This document shows positions 10,088-20,289 of a stretch of 64,000 bases of DNA, in pieces. The stretch lies in the NCBI GenBank assembly GCA_012728835.1, contig JAAYEJ010000011.1:50990-114989 (forward strand), given 5' to 3'. This DNA comes from Candidatus Brocadiaceae bacterium. Lineage in GTDB: Bacteria; Planctomycetota; Brocadiia; SM23-32. Under the pieces are notes generated by a model. That model made no database searches. It was not told the origin of the DNA and saw only the letters and a program-made list of their open reading frames with translations. Made by a program: the position numbers and the translations under genes. How positions within the stretch are numbered: position 1 is the stretch's first letter; each line of letters starts with the position of its first letter.

Positions 10088-10771
10088 ATGGAAAGAAGCG
10101 ACCCGCTCCGCCCGGAGGGAGAGAACGCCTTGCCCGCACAGCCTGCCGCCGACCCCAACGAGACCGCCAAACGACTGATGGACGTTCTGGGCGGCGTGCT
10201 GGGGCTGGCCCTGACGCTGCCGCTGGCGCCCTGGATCGCCCTGGCCATCCGGCTGGACTCGCCGGGCCCGGTGCTGTTCGGCCAGGACCGGGTGGGCCGG
10301 GGCGGCCGGCGCTTCCGCCTGTGGAAGTTCCGCACGATGTGCCGCGATGCCGAGGCCCGCAGGCCGGACCTGGAGGGGCGGAATGAGATGATCGGGCCCG
10401 CGTTCCGGATCACCGACGACCCGCGCGTCACCCGTGTGGGCCGGTTCCTGCGGCGGCACAACCTGGACGAGTTCCCACAGTTCTGGAACGTCCTGCGCGG
10501 CCAGATGAGCCTGGTGGGGCCGCGGCCGGCCACCCCCGACGAAGTCGCGGTCTACAACGAATGGCAGAGACGGCGCCTGGCTGTGCGGCCGGGCCTGACG
10601 GGGCTGGCGCAGGTCAGGGGGGGCGGAACGCTGCGCGATTTCGATGAGGTGGTGCGCCTCGATCTGGAGTACATCGCCCGCCGGTCGGCCGGGATGGACC
10701 TGGGGCTGATCCTGCGCACGCTGCCGACGCTCATCCGGGGCAAGGGGCGACCGCCAGCCGGTGCGCGATGA
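10088..10771 (+). CDS. Bacterial sugar transferase (small polyprenyl-phosphate hexose-1-phosphate transferase; WbaP/WcaJ C-terminal-domain type).
   Basis: 227 aa. It has one TM segment (LGGVLGLALTLPLAPWIALAIRL) followed by the conserved PGPVLFGQDRVGRGGRRFRLWKFRTM ... SLVGPRP ... PGLTGLAQV motifs. The start codon overlaps a TATAAT hexamer. Confidence 0.7.
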   Translation: MERSDPLRPEGENALPAQPAADPNETAKRLMDVLGGVLGLALTLPLAPWIALAIRLDSPGPVLFGQDRVGRGGRRFRLWKFRTMCRDAEARRPDLEGRNEMIGPAFRITDDPRVTRVGRFLRRHNLDEFPQFWNVLRGQMSLVGPRPATPDEVAVYNEWQRRRLAVRPGLTGLAQVRGGGTLRDFDEVVRLDLEYIARRSAGMDLGLILRTLPTLIRGKGRPPAGAR

Positions 10772-11201
10772 TGCGACGGGCCTGTTCGACGACCCGCACC
10801 AGGGCGGCGGCAGCGGGCGGCGACAGCGGCGCGCCGCACTCGAAGCTCTCCGCCCCTGCCACAAGCGCCACGGCCGGCGGATACTCGCCGTAGACGTCGC
10901 GTGCCAGCGCCAGCAGTCCGGACGGGTTCAGCCGGTGCAGGCAGAACGAGGGCCGGTCGTGCACGCATTCCACGTCGATGCAGTCCACCTCGCCCACGGG
11001 CAGATCGCAGGCGACGTCGATAAAGAGCACGAAACCGGCCGCCGCGACCTCCGCGGCCAGCTCCGGCGTCAACTGGCGGCACGGCAGCACGTGCACGCCG
11101 TCGCCCAGGCCGGCATGCAGCAGCTTCTGCGCCGCGTGCCAGCCCAGGCCGTCGTCGCCTCGCATCGCGTTTCCGAAGCCGATCACGAGCACACGGCTCA
11201 T
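10731..11201 (-). CDS. hoxW: [NiFe] hydrogenase maturation endopeptidase (HoxW/HycI family).
   Basis: 156 aa, MSRVLVIGFGNAMRGDDGLGWHAA... is typical of hydrogenase C-terminal processing proteases. It lies directly downstream of hoxH, and the stop and start codons overlap. Confidence 0.75.
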   Translation of the reverse strand: MSRVLVIGFGNAMRGDDGLGWHAAQKLLHAGLGDGVHVLPCRQLTPELAAEVAAAGFVLFIDVACDLPVGEVDCIDVECVHDRPSFCLHRLNPSGLLALARDVYGEYPPAVALVAGAESFECGAPLSPPAAAALVRVVEQARRIIAHRLAVAPCPG

Positions 11202-12628
11202 CAGTCGCGCCTCACCTGATCGCGCACCTCGCCGCCGGGGCCGACGAGCTGCACGAGCATGGGCATCTGGCCCAGGGCGTGGGTCGAACAGCTCAGGCAG
11301 GGGTCATAGGCCCGGATGACCGCCTCGACGCGGTTCAGCATGCCCTCGCTCAGCCGGTCCGGCTTGACGAAGTGTCGCGCCACCTGGAGGATGGACCGGT
11401 TCATGGCCAGGTTGTTGTGGCCGGTGGCGATGATCAGGTTGGCGGACTCCATGATGCCGTTCAGATCCGCACGGTAGTGGTGGATCAGGGTGCCGCGGGG
11501 CGCCTCGGAGATGCCCACGCCCTCGCGGGCGTTCGGCTCGGCGTGCGCACGCACGTGCGGGTCGCAGACGTCCGGGTGGTTCAGAAGCTCCTGAATGCCC
11601 TCGAGGCAGTGAAGCGCCTCGATGAGTCGCGCGTAGTGGTAATGGAAGGAGCTGGAGACCGGCCCGTCGCTGAGCGCGCGGAAGGCCTGCCGTTCGGCCT
11701 CCGCCAGCGGGGTGCTGATGCGGTCGGCCAGGTTGAGGCGCGCGAGCGGCCCGACGCGGTAGAGCCCTTCGGGATAGCCGCGGGGCTTGTAGTAGGGGAA
11801 CTTCAGGTAGGTCCAGGGCTCGACGGCCTCGTCCACGTAGTCGGCGTAGTCTGCGGCGGCCACGCCGTCGGCGGCCAGGCTCCCGTCGCTGTCGAGGATC
11901 CGGAGCCCGCCGTCGTAGAACTCCAGCGCGCCGCCCTCGCCCACCAGGCCGAGGTACAGGCTGGGGAAGTTGCCGAAGGTCTCGACCTCCTCCTGATGGC
12001 GGCGCACCAGCTCCTTGAGCAGGGCGAGCGCGCGCTGCGCAATCCCCATGGCCTCCGGCAGGCCGTCCAGTATCCGGGTGCGCACCTCGGGCGTCACGGG
12101 GTGGCTGACGCCGCCCGGAACGATCCACCGGGCATGGACGCGCTGGCCGGCCAGCCACTCGATGGCCTGCTGGCCGAACTGGCGCAGCCGGATGCCGTCA
12201 CGCGCCACGTCCTTGTGTGTGGCCATCACGCCGAACACGTTGCGCACGGCCGGGTCGGCATCCATGCCGAGCAGGAGGTCGGGGCTGGACAGGTGGAAGA
12301 AGCTCAGGGCGTGGCTCTGGACGATCTGCGCCATGTTGATGAGCCGTCGCACGCGCTGCCCCGCATCCGGGACGCGCACGGCGAGCAGGGCGTCGCACGC
12401 CTTGGACGACGCCATCAGGTGGGCGACGGGGCAGATGCCGCAGATGCGCGCGGTGATGGCGGGCATCTCATGGAACGGCCGCCCTTCGCAGAACTTCTCG
12501 AAGCCGCGCATCTGGGTGATGTGGAGCTGCGCGTCGTTGACCTTGCCGTCCTGCCCGACGTAGAGCGTGACCTTCGCATGCCCTTCGATACGCGTGATGG
12601 GATCGATGACGATCTTCTCGGCCATCAT
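11201..12628 (-). CDS. hoxH: Bidirectional NAD(P)-linked [NiFe] hydrogenase large subunit (group 3d).
   Basis: 475 aa. N-terminal RIEGH...RICGICPVAH (L1 motif with Ni-binding Cys pair) and C-terminal DPCLSCSTHALG (L2 motif), followed by a cleavable extension. Confidence 0.9.
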   Translation of the reverse strand: MMAEKIVIDPITRIEGHAKVTLYVGQDGKVNDAQLHITQMRGFEKFCEGRPFHEMPAITARICGICPVAHLMASSKACDALLAVRVPDAGQRVRRLINMAQIVQSHALSFFHLSSPDLLLGMDADPAVRNVFGVMATHKDVARDGIRLRQFGQQAIEWLAGQRVHARWIVPGGVSHPVTPEVRTRILDGLPEAMGIAQRALALLKELVRRHQEEVETFGNFPSLYLGLVGEGGALEFYDGGLRILDSDGSLAADGVAAADYADYVDEAVEPWTYLKFPYYKPRGYPEGLYRVGPLARLNLADRISTPLAEAERQAFRALSDGPVSSSFHYHYARLIEALHCLEGIQELLNHPDVCDPHVRAHAEPNAREGVGISEAPRGTLIHHYRADLNGIMESANLIIATGHNNLAMNRSILQVARHFVKPDRLSEGMLNRVEAVIRAYDPCLSCSTHALGQMPMLVQLVGPGGEVRDQVRRD

Positions 12629-12635
12629 ATTCCTC

Positions 12636-13166
12636 TCAGCCGAACCTGGCCCGGACGCCGAGGCCCGGGATCCGGCCCTGGACGACTTCGCTCAGGATGA
12701 AATGGATGAGGTCGGCACACGGCGGACAACCGGGGATGTACTCGTCCACCTTCACGAACCGGTGCAGCGGCTGGACCTGGGGGGAGAGGCGGGGCACGCC
12801 GGCGGCGGGGCCGGACGGCTTGCCCGGGGCGTCGGGGCCGTAGACGGCCTCCAGCATCTCCTGGACGTCGAGGGTGTTCCGCATGGCGGGCACGTTGCCG
12901 GTCACCGCGCAATCGCCCATGCTGATCAGGATCCGGGACCGCTCCCGCGCCTTGCGCAGCAGCTCTTCCTGTTCCTCGTTGCCGACACCGCCGGTGACGA
13001 CGACCACGTCGACGTCTTCGGGGAACTCCTTGCGATCGACCAGCGGGCTGCAGACCAGTTCAATCTGGCCGGCCAGCTCGATGAGCCGCTCGTCCATATC
13101 CAGGAACGACATATGGCAGCCCGAACAGGCTTCCAGCCAGACGGTCGCCATCCTGACGGGCGTCAT
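12636..13166 (-). CDS. hoxY: [NiFe] hydrogenase small (delta) subunit.
   Basis: 176 aa. [14 protein letters not shown] and [10 protein letters not shown] ... IPGCPP Cys motifs are typical of group 3 small subunits. Confidence 0.85.
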   Translation of the reverse strand: MTPVRMATVWLEACSGCHMSFLDMDERLIELAGQIELVCSPLVDRKEFPEDVDVVVVTGGVGNEEQEELLRKARERSRILISMGDCAVTGNVPAMRNTLDVQEMLEAVYGPDAPGKPSGPAAGVPRLSPQVQPLHRFVKVDEYIPGCPPCADLIHFILSEVVQGRIPGLGVRARFG

Positions 13167-13912
13167 GGCGTCTCCTCCCGCATCGTGGTCAGGTACGGCA
13201 GGAACTCGCGCCGGCCCACTTCGGCGGCCGCCGTGCCCTTCTCAAACAGCGCGCCGGTCGGGCAGACCTGCACACACTTGCCGCAACCGGTGCACGTCTT
13301 GGACTCGCCCCAGGGGCCGTCGAAGTCGGTGATGACCCGCGATTCGATGCCGCGCCCCTTCACGCCCCAGGTGCGGGCGCCTTCGATCTCGGCGCAGACG
13401 CGCACACAGCGCATGCACAGGATGCAGCGGTTGTGGTCGATGGTGAACCGCTCGTGCGTGGCATCCACGCCCACACGCGGGTGCAGGTAGGCCACGCTGA
13501 CATGGTTCATGCCCAGGTCGCGGGCCAGCGTCTGCAGTTCGCAGTGGCCGTTGGCCACGCAGACGGCGCAGACGTGGTTGCGTTCGGCGAAGAACATCTC
13601 CAGGATCATGCGCCTGTACTTGTTGAGGCGCGGCGACTTCGTGATGACCTCCATCCCCTCGGCGACGCGGGTCACGCAGGCGGGCACCAGTCGCGGGCTG
13701 CCGACGATCTCCACCAGGCAGAGGCGGCAGGCGCCCACGCCGCTGAGGCCGTCCAGATGGCAGATCGCGGGGATGCAGATGTTGTGCTCGCGTGCGACCT
13801 CCAGGATGGTCTGATCTTCACGGCCGCTGACGTCGAGGCCGTCGATCTTGAGCGTCTTGACCGGCCGCGGAGCGCTCTCCGGGGTGACGGGATTCACGGG
13901 TGGAGTCTTCAT
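13163..13912 (-). CDS. hoxU: Hydrogenase diaphorase iron-sulfur subunit (NuoG-N-terminal-like, 2Fe-2S plus 4Fe-4S clusters).
   Basis: This is the C-terminal 249 aa of the fused 772-aa track ORF, starting MKTPPVNP (ATG 13912, overlapping the hoxF stop). It has 2Fe-2[16 protein letters not shown] and ferredoxin-like [11 protein letters not shown] / [12 protein letters not shown] motifs. Confidence 0.85.
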   Translation of the reverse strand: MKTPPVNPVTPESAPRPVKTLKIDGLDVSGREDQTILEVAREHNICIPAICHLDGLSGVGACRLCLVEIVGSPRLVPACVTRVAEGMEVITKSPRLNKYRRMILEMFFAERNHVCAVCVANGHCELQTLARDLGMNHVSVAYLHPRVGVDATHERFTIDHNRCILCMRCVRVCAEIEGARTWGVKGRGIESRVITDFDGPWGESKTCTGCGKCVQVCPTGALFEKGTAAAEVGRREFLPYLTTMREETP

Positions 13913-15558
13913 CGTTTGACCTCCCGGGCGCCGGCCATCCTGCACACGCCGGCCGGGCACGTGTGGTCCCGTATGTGAGCCACGTACTCGTCGCGGAAGT
14001 AGCGGAGCGTGCTCATCACGGGGTTCGGCGCCGTCTGACACAGGCCGCAGAGACTGGTATTGCGCGTCAAGTCGCAGAGGCTCTCGAGCATGTCCAGGTC
14101 CGCCATGGTCGCCAGCCCCCGGGTGATCCTGGTCAGCAGGAGATGCATCTGGGCCGTTCCCATGCGGCCGGGCAGGCACTTGCCGCACGCCTCCGTCTGG
14201 CAGAATTCCATGAAGTACCGGGCCACGTCCACCATGCAGGAGGTCTCGTCCATGACGATCATCCCGCCGGACCCCATGATGGAGCCCAGTTCCTTCAGCG
14301 ATTCGTAGTCGACCGGCCGGTCCAGATGCTCGGCGGGGATGCAGCCGCCGCTCGGGCCGCCGGTCTGAACGGCCTTGAACTGCCGGCCGTCGGGGATGCC
14401 TCCGCCGATGTCGAAGATGATCTCGCGCAGGGTCATGCCCATCGGGACCTCGATCAGGCCGGTGTTGTTGACGCGGCCGGCCAGGGCGAACACCTTGGTG
14501 CCCTTGCTCTTCTCGGTGCCGATGCCCGAATACCACGCGGCGCCCTTGCGCAGGATGGCGGGCACGGCGGCGAAGGTCTCGACGTTGTTGATCAGCGTCG
14601 GGCGGCCCCAGAGGCCGTAGTTGGCCGGATACGGAGGCCGCGGACGCGGCGTGCCCCGGCTGCCCTCGATCGAGGCCATCAGGGCGGTCTCCTCGCCGCA
14701 CACGAACGCCCCCGCTCCCAGCCGCATCTCGATCTCGAAGTTGAAGCCGGTCCCCAGGATCTGACTGCCCAGCAGGTTCAGGCTCCTGGCCTGCCGGATG
14801 GCCTTGCGGATGCGGCTGATGGCCAGGGGGTACTCCGCCCGCACGTAGATGAACCCCTGGGAGGCGCCGACCGCGTAGGCGGCGATGGCCATGCCCTCCA
14901 GGATCCGGTGCGGGTCGCTCTCCAGGATGCTGCGGTCCATGAACGCGCCGGGGTCGCCCTCGTCGGCGTTGCAGATGATGAACTTCTGGGCGCCGGGGGC
15001 CTTCGCCACGGTGCTCCACTTCAAACCCGTCGGGTAGCCCGCCCCGCCGCGTCCGCGCAGCCCGGCCACCGACACCTCGTTGAGCACATCGGCCGGGTCC
15101 ATCTCCGTCAGGACGCTGGCCAGGCCCTGGTAGCCGTCGACCCCGATGTAGTCCTGGACGTGCTCCGGCTCGATGCGTCCGCAGTTCTCCAGGGCGATCT
15201 TCGTCTGGCGCGCGAAGAACGTCGCATCGGCCTCCATGAGCAGGCGCGCCACCGGTTCGCCGTCCAGGCTCTCGATGATGTCGTCGGCGTCGTCGGGCGA
15301 GACGTTGCAGTAGATGTGCCCCGGAGGATCGACCGAGACGACCGGCCCGCCGGCGCACGGCCCCATGCACCCGACGCCCTTGACGCGCACGCGGGCGTCC
15401 AGCCCCCGGGCCTTCACCTTCTCGGCCAGGGCGGCCAGCACGCGGTCGCTGTGGGCGGACAGGCATCCGGCGGCGGTGCACACGTTAATGCAGCAGGCGA
15501 ACTTCGCCTCGTGCTCGCGCCGTTCCCGGCGCATTCGCTCCAGTTCGTCAGGCTTCAT
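13909..15558 (-). CDS. hoxF: Hydrogenase diaphorase NAD(P)H-binding flavoprotein subunit (NuoF-like).
   Basis: 549 aa. It has an N-terminal thioredoxin-like 2Fe-2S domain, the [17 protein letters not shown] motifs, and a C-terminal 4Fe-4S motif ([28 protein letters not shown]). Confidence 0.9.
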   Translation of the reverse strand: MKPDELERMRRERREHEAKFACCINVCTAAGCLSAHSDRVLAALAEKVKARGLDARVRVKGVGCMGPCAGGPVVSVDPPGHIYCNVSPDDADDIIESLDGEPVARLLMEADATFFARQTKIALENCGRIEPEHVQDYIGVDGYQGLASVLTEMDPADVLNEVSVAGLRGRGGAGYPTGLKWSTVAKAPGAQKFIICNADEGDPGAFMDRSILESDPHRILEGMAIAAYAVGASQGFIYVRAEYPLAISRIRKAIRQARSLNLLGSQILGTGFNFEIEMRLGAGAFVCGEETALMASIEGSRGTPRPRPPYPANYGLWGRPTLINNVETFAAVPAILRKGAAWYSGIGTEKSKGTKVFALAGRVNNTGLIEVPMGMTLREIIFDIGGGIPDGRQFKAVQTGGPSGGCIPAEHLDRPVDYESLKELGSIMGSGGMIVMDETSCMVDVARYFMEFCQTEACGKCLPGRMGTAQMHLLLTRITRGLATMADLDMLESLCDLTRNTSLCGLCQTAPNPVMSTLRYFRDEYVAHIRDHTCPAGVCRMAGAREVKR

Positions 15559-16048
15559 CGGCGATCATCCTCCGGATACGTCCCAGTACGTCCTCGGGCG
15601 TCAGCTTGCCGGCCACCTCGCCGTCGAAGGTCGCCGCCGGGGCCAGGCCGCAGGAGCCGAAGCACCGCGCGGTCAGCAGCGAAAGCTTGCCGTCGGCCGT
15701 CGTCTCGCCGGGCTTCAGGCCGTACTCCTGCTCCACGGCATCCAGAAGCGCCTGGGCGCCCTTGATGTAGCAGGCCGTGCCCGTGCACACCACGCACGCA
15801 TGCTCGCCCTTGGGCTTCAGCGTGAAAAAGTGGTAGAAGGTGGCCACGCCGTAGACGGCGCTGGGGGCCACGTGCAGGCTCGCCGCCACGTAGCGCAAGG
15901 CCTCGTCGTCGAGATAGCCGAATGCCTCCTGCACCGCGTGCAGGACCTCGATCAGCGCGTTCCGCTGGTAACCGAGGCGACGCATGGTCGCCGCAACGAT
16001 CTTCCACCGGCGGTCGTCCGAGGGGGGCTCGGGCCGCACAGAATCCAT
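15548..16048 (-). CDS. hoxE: Hydrogenase diaphorase 2Fe-2S subunit (NuoE-like).
   Basis: Internal Met (MDSVRPEPP) is at 16048. The 166-aa product has a thioredoxin-like fold, and the cluster Cys residues ([15 protein letters not shown]) are present. It is the first gene of the hoxEFUYHW operon. Confidence 0.8.
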   Translation of the reverse strand: MDSVRPEPPSDDRRWKIVAATMRRLGYQRNALIEVLHAVQEAFGYLDDEALRYVAASLHVAPSAVYGVATFYHFFTLKPKGEHACVVCTGTACYIKGAQALLDAVEQEYGLKPGETTADGKLSLLTARCFGSCGLAPAATFDGEVAGKLTPEDVLGRIRRMIADEA

Positions 16049-16323
16049 GGCAGCGCTCCTCGCTCCGGAGTCGACGTTCGGAGCGGCGGATGGAGAGAAC
16101 GTTCGTGAAGTACGGACCTTTGTCGGCTCTGGACGGCCGCAGACAGGCGGGCAGTCAACCCGACCACTCATGGTATACAGCCCGGCCGACGGCTTCAAGG
16201 GAAAACGCCGGGATCGTCCGTGAGAATCCCCTCGGGTCGCCCCGCCCTATCCCCGGTCGCCGTTTGACTGCAGGGCCGGGCAGGGCTACGATGGGGGCTT
16301 CCCGCCGCACTGCTTCCGGGACC

Positions 16324-18279
16324 ATGTCGATGCGACTGAGGCTCCAGACTCGGGTCTTCCTGACCTTCGTGCTCGTGGTCGTGCTCTTCGTGCTCCTGTG
16401 CGCGGGGGCCGGCGCGATCATCATCGGGCGCACGGTCCTGGAGGAGGCCCAGCGGCGCGTCGGAGGCGATCTGCGATCGGCCTGGGCGGCAGTCAATGAC
16501 CGCAAGGAGAGCATGGGGCTCCTGATGGCCATGCTGGCCGGCGCCGAACCCATACGGGAGGCCTGCGTCAGCGCGAACCCGGCAACGTCGAGGATGCGTA
16601 TGGAGACGGCGCGCCGGCTGGGCGAGCTGGACTTCGTGTCGGTCGTCGACGCCGACGGACGCGTCGTGCTGCGCACCGTCGAACCCCACTCGCCCGGCGA
16701 CGACCTGTCGACCGATCCGTTCGTCTACCGGGCGCTTCGCGGCGAGACGCTGAGCGGATTCGCGATCCTCGAGCCCGAACGCCTGGAGGCCGAGGGACGC
16801 ACACTGGCCCGGCGCGCCTACATCGCCTTCGAGCCCACGCCGAAGGCCAAGCCGCGCCCCCAGGAGAGCGAGGCCGCCGGGATGGTCCTGATGGCCGCTG
16901 CGCCCATCCGGGACGACGGCGGGCGCATCCTCGGCGCCGTCTACGGCGGCGCACTGCTGAACCGGAACCACGACACGGTCGACGACATCCGCTCCACGGT
17001 CTTCGCCGACGAGACCTACAACGGGAAGCAGATCGGCGCCGTCACCGTCTTCCAGTGGGACGTCCGCATCGCCACCAACGTGTTCACCGCCGACGGCAAC
17101 CGCGCCATCGGCACGCGGGTGAGTTCGCAGGTGTATGACCAGGTGCTGGAGAACGGCCGGAGCTGGACGAGCCGCGCGTTCGTCGTGAACGACTGGTATC
17201 TGTCCGCCTACGATCCGATCCGGGACGTCGAAGGCCGCGTCATCGGCATCCTCTACGTCGGCGTGCTGGAGAGCCGGTTCAACGTGGTGCGCTCGCGCCT
17301 GTGGATGTTCTACGGGGCCCTCGCACTGGCGGCCGCCCTGCTGGTGCTCATCGTGGGCTACATCTTCTCGCGCCGCCTCACGCGGTCGCTGAGCGGGCTG
17401 GCCCGGGCCGCCGACCGCCTGGCCGCAGGGCGCCTGGACGTGCGCGTGCCGGAGCCGGCCGCCAATGACGAGGTGCGCGACCTGACGCGCGACTTCAACG
17501 CCATGGCCGACCGCCTGGAGGAACGCGAGGAACGCCTCCGGAACGCCAACGCCTCCCTGCAGAAGCTCAACTCCAGCTACCTGGAGATGCTCGGGTTCGT
17601 CTCCCACGAGCTGAAGAACACCCTCGGCGTCATCTACACCGCCGCACATGCGCTCTCCGAGGGGCTGGTCGGCCAACTCACCGAGCCCCAGGCCCGCATG
17701 GCCGGCAGCATCTGCCGCAGCATCGACACGGCCGTGAGCATGACGCGCAACTACCTGAGCCTGGCCCGCATCGAGAAGGGCGAGCTGGAGGTCGACCGGA
17801 AGCCCTGCGATTTCGTCCGCGACGTGGCCACCCCCGTGCTGGCCGAGTTCGCCCAGCCGATGGCCGACCACAAGGTCCGCCTCGTCAATGAACTGCCCCC
17901 CAGCGCCCCGCTGAAGGCCGACGCCAACCTGCTGTGCGTCGCCTTCCGGAACCTGATCGGCAATGCATTGAAATACGGTCGCCCAGCCGGGACAATACGC
18001 ATCGGCTTCTCCTCCGAACCCGACCGCTACCGCGTCGAGGTCTGGAACGACGGCCGAAGCATCCCGGCGGAGGAAGCCGAGCACATATTCCAGAAGTTCA
18101 CGCGCCTGTCCGACGACCCGGAGGCGGTCCGCAAGGGCACCGGGCTCGGGCTGTTCATCACCAGGGAGGTCGTCACGAAGCACGGCGGGGACATCTGGGC
18201 CGAACCGGGAAAGGGGGAAGGCACCAGCTTCGTCTTCACACTGCCCCGGGACGGTCAGCGAACCGATGCCGAAGTGTGA
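16324..18279 (+). CDS. Sensor histidine kinase: TM1, large periplasmic sensor domain (~280 aa), TM2, HAMP, HisKA, HATPase_c.
   Basis: Start MSMRLRLQTRVFLTFVLVVVLFVLL. A second TM segment at ~320, HAMP (RRLTRSLSGLARAADRLAAGRLDVRV), H-box LGFVSHELKNTL, and N/G boxes (NLIGNALKYG ... GTGLGLFITREVV). It is divergent from hoxE. Confidence 0.75.
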   Translation: MSMRLRLQTRVFLTFVLVVVLFVLLCAGAGAIIIGRTVLEEAQRRVGGDLRSAWAAVNDRKESMGLLMAMLAGAEPIREACVSANPATSRMRMETARRLGELDFVSVVDADGRVVLRTVEPHSPGDDLSTDPFVYRALRGETLSGFAILEPERLEAEGRTLARRAYIAFEPTPKAKPRPQESEAAGMVLMAAAPIRDDGGRILGAVYGGALLNRNHDTVDDIRSTVFADETYNGKQIGAVTVFQWDVRIATNVFTADGNRAIGTRVSSQVYDQVLENGRSWTSRAFVVNDWYLSAYDPIRDVEGRVIGILYVGVLESRFNVVRSRLWMFYGALALAAALLVLIVGYIFSRRLTRSLSGLARAADRLAAGRLDVRVPEPAANDEVRDLTRDFNAMADRLEEREERLRNANASLQKLNSSYLEMLGFVSHELKNTLGVIYTAAHALSEGLVGQLTEPQARMAGSICRSIDTAVSMTRNYLSLARIEKGELEVDRKPCDFVRDVATPVLAEFAQPMADHKVRLVNELPPSAPLKADANLLCVAFRNLIGNALKYGRPAGTIRIGFSSEPDRYRVEVWNDGRSIPAEEAEHIFQKFTRLSDDPEAVRKGTGLGLFITREVVTKHGGDIWAEPGKGEGTSFVFTLPRDGQRTDAEV

Positions 18280-18338
18280 CGAACGGCTCCTCAGAGACAC
18301 GCCCCGCGGACGACCATCCATGGGGAAGGAGGTGTGTC

Positions 18339-18719
18339 GTGGCCGCCAGGAAGGTCCTCCTCATAGACGATGAGAAGGAGTTCGTAGAGGTAACGAAGGT
18401 CCTGCTCGAGGCCAACGGCTTCGAGGTGGTGACCGCGTACGACGGCCAGAGCGGCACTCAGCAGGCCCTCGCCGAGAAGCCCGACGTGGTCGTGCTCGAC
18501 GTGATGATGGAGACGCGCACCGCCGGCTTCGACGTCGCCCGCCGGCTGCGGGCCAACGACGAGACCAAGGGCATCCCCATCATCATGCTGACGGCCGTCA
18601 ACCAGGAAGTGCCCTGGCGCTTCGAGCCGGACGACATCTGGCTGCCGGTCGACGTGTTCCTGGACAAGCCCGTGAGCCCGGAGCGCCTGCTGGCGGAAGC
18701 CAGAAAGGCCACCGGCTGA
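18339..18719 (+). CDS. Single-domain response regulator (CheY-like receiver, no output domain).
   Basis: GTG at 18339 lies 7 nt after GGAGG. KVLLIDDE ... VVLDVMM (phospho-Asp) ... IIMLTA ... LDKP. It lies directly downstream of the kinase. Confidence 0.65.
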   Translation: MAARKVLLIDDEKEFVEVTKVLLEANGFEVVTAYDGQSGTQQALAEKPDVVVLDVMMETRTAGFDVARRLRANDETKGIPIIMLTAVNQEVPWRFEPDDIWLPVDVFLDKPVSPERLLAEARKATG

Positions 18720-18740
18720 CCGCCTGGAGCCGACCGCGGA

Positions 18741-19442
18741 CTACCTGCCGGCCGGATCCCGCCCGGCCGGCGCCCCCGGAACGTAGCGCTCCGCCCGGTG
18801 GCGTACGATCTCCCCGCACGTCATGTAGATGACGTCCTCGGCGATGTTCGTGGCGTGGTCGGCGATCCGCTCCAGATGGCGGGCCACCGACAGGAGATGG
18901 ATCAGAGCCCCCATCTGCCCGGGATGCTCGCGGATCGCGTTCTGCACCTGCAGGTAGACGTCCCGGTTCATGGCATCGACCTCGTCGTCGGCCGCGCACA
19001 CCGTCCTGGCCAGCGCGGCGTCCAGGTTGACCAGCGCATCCAGGCTCTGCTTGACCATGGCCTGCGCGCCCTGGGCCATGGCGGCGAAGTCGAAGGGCCA
19101 GTCCACCCGGTCGTGCGTGGCCAGGTACTGCGCCCGCTCGGCGATGTTGACCGCCAGGTCGCCGATCCGCTCCAGGTCGCTGTTGATCTTCAGCACGGCC
19201 ACGATGAACCGCAGGTCGATGGCGACGGGCTGATGGAGGGCCAGGATCTTCAGGCACTCCTCCTCGACGTCCACCTCGGCGCGATCGACGTCCGGGTCCG
19301 AGTCGATGACGCGTTGCGCCAGGCGCTCGTCCCGCCGCTCCAGGGCCAGGACGGCGTTCCGCACGCCCTCTTCGACGAGCGCGCTCAGCGACAGCATCTG
19401 CTTCTTGAGACTCTCCAGCTCCCGGCGCAAATGGGCCGACAT
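18741..19442 (-). CDS. phoU: Phosphate transport system regulatory protein PhoU.
   Basis: 233 aa with two PhoU repeats (RIGDLAVNIAERA / RIADHATNIAEDV). It lies downstream of pstB on the same strand. Confidence 0.85.
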   Translation of the reverse strand: MSAHLRRELESLKKQMLSLSALVEEGVRNAVLALERRDERLAQRVIDSDPDVDRAEVDVEEECLKILALHQPVAIDLRFIVAVLKINSDLERIGDLAVNIAERAQYLATHDRVDWPFDFAAMAQGAQAMVKQSLDALVNLDAALARTVCAADDEVDAMNRDVYLQVQNAIREHPGQMGALIHLLSVARHLERIADHATNIAEDVIYMTCGEIVRHRAERYVPGAPAGRDPAGR

Positions 19443-19458
19443 GGCGCCTCCCTCCCCG

Positions 19459-20286
19459 CTATCCGAAACGCCCCGTGATGTAGTCCTCGGTCTCTTTCCG
19501 GCTCGGATTGGTGAATATCCGATCGGTCAACCCGTACTCCACCAACCGGCCCTCGTAGAAGAACGCCGTCAGGTCGCTGACACGGGCGGCCTGCTGCATG
19601 TTGTGCGTCACGATGATGATGGTGTACGCGCCCCGCAACTCGCCGATCAGGTCCTCGACCCGCGCCGTCGAACGCGGGTCGAGCGCCGAGGCCGGCTCGT
19701 CCATCAAGAGCACCTCCGGGTCCACGGCCAGGGCCCGCGCGATGCAGAGGCGCTGCTGCTGCCCGCCCGAGAGCGCCAGCGCGCTGTCGTTCAGCCGGTC
19801 CTTCACCTCCTCCCACAGGGCGGCCCGCACGAGACTGGCCTCGACGATCTCGTGGAGCCGGCGCCGGCCCCTGACCCCGTGCACACGAGGACCGTAGGCG
19901 ACGTTCTCAAAAACGCTCTTCGGGAATGGATTGGGCTTCTGGAAGACCATGCCCACGCGACGGCGCAGCAGGACCACGTCGACGTTCGGCGCATACAGAT
20001 CCTCGCCTTCGAGAGCGAGCAGACCTTCGGCGCGGCAGCCGGGAATCAGGTCGTTCATGCGGTTGATGGCCCGCAGGAACGTGCTCTTCCCGCAGCCGCT
20101 GGGGCCGATGATCGCCGTCACCCGGCCCTGGAGTATGGCCATGTCGACCGCCTTCACCGCCTCGTTGGCCCCGTAGTACACCGAGAACCCGCGGCTTGTG
20201 ACCACGGCATCGCCCGGAGCCGCAGAGGCGGAAGTCGTCGCATCGTCGGTCGATCGGTCCCTCGGCGCAGCCATGACACGATTCAC
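19459..20286 (-). CDS. pstB: Phosphate ABC transporter ATP-binding protein.
   Basis: Walker [10 protein letters not shown], signature [14 protein letters not shown], Walker B LLMDEP. The PstB-specific C-terminus is present. Confidence 0.9.
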   Translation of the reverse strand: MNRVMAAPRDRSTDDATTSASAAPGDAVVTSRGFSVYYGANEAVKAVDMAILQGRVTAIIGPSGCGKSTFLRAINRMNDLIPGCRAEGLLALEGEDLYAPNVDVVLLRRRVGMVFQKPNPFPKSVFENVAYGPRVHGVRGRRRLHEIVEASLVRAALWEEVKDRLNDSALALSGGQQQRLCIARALAVDPEVLLMDEPASALDPRSTARVEDLIGELRGAYTIIIVTHNMQQAARVSDLTAFFYEGRLVEYGLTDRIFTNPSRKETEDYITGRFG

Positions 20287-20289
20287 GGA

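Noticed and set aside
10084-10089. TATAAT hexamer overlapping the ATG of the sugar transferase (possible leaderless transcript).
   Set aside because: It is a single hexamer without a recognisable -35, and chance occurrence cannot be excluded.
13163-15481. 772-aa minus-strand ORF spanning the hoxU/hoxF region.
   Set aside because: Its N-terminal two-thirds is an out-of-frame read-through overlapping the genuine hoxF frame (13909..15558, full NuoF motifs). Only the C-terminal 249 aa (HoxU) are real.
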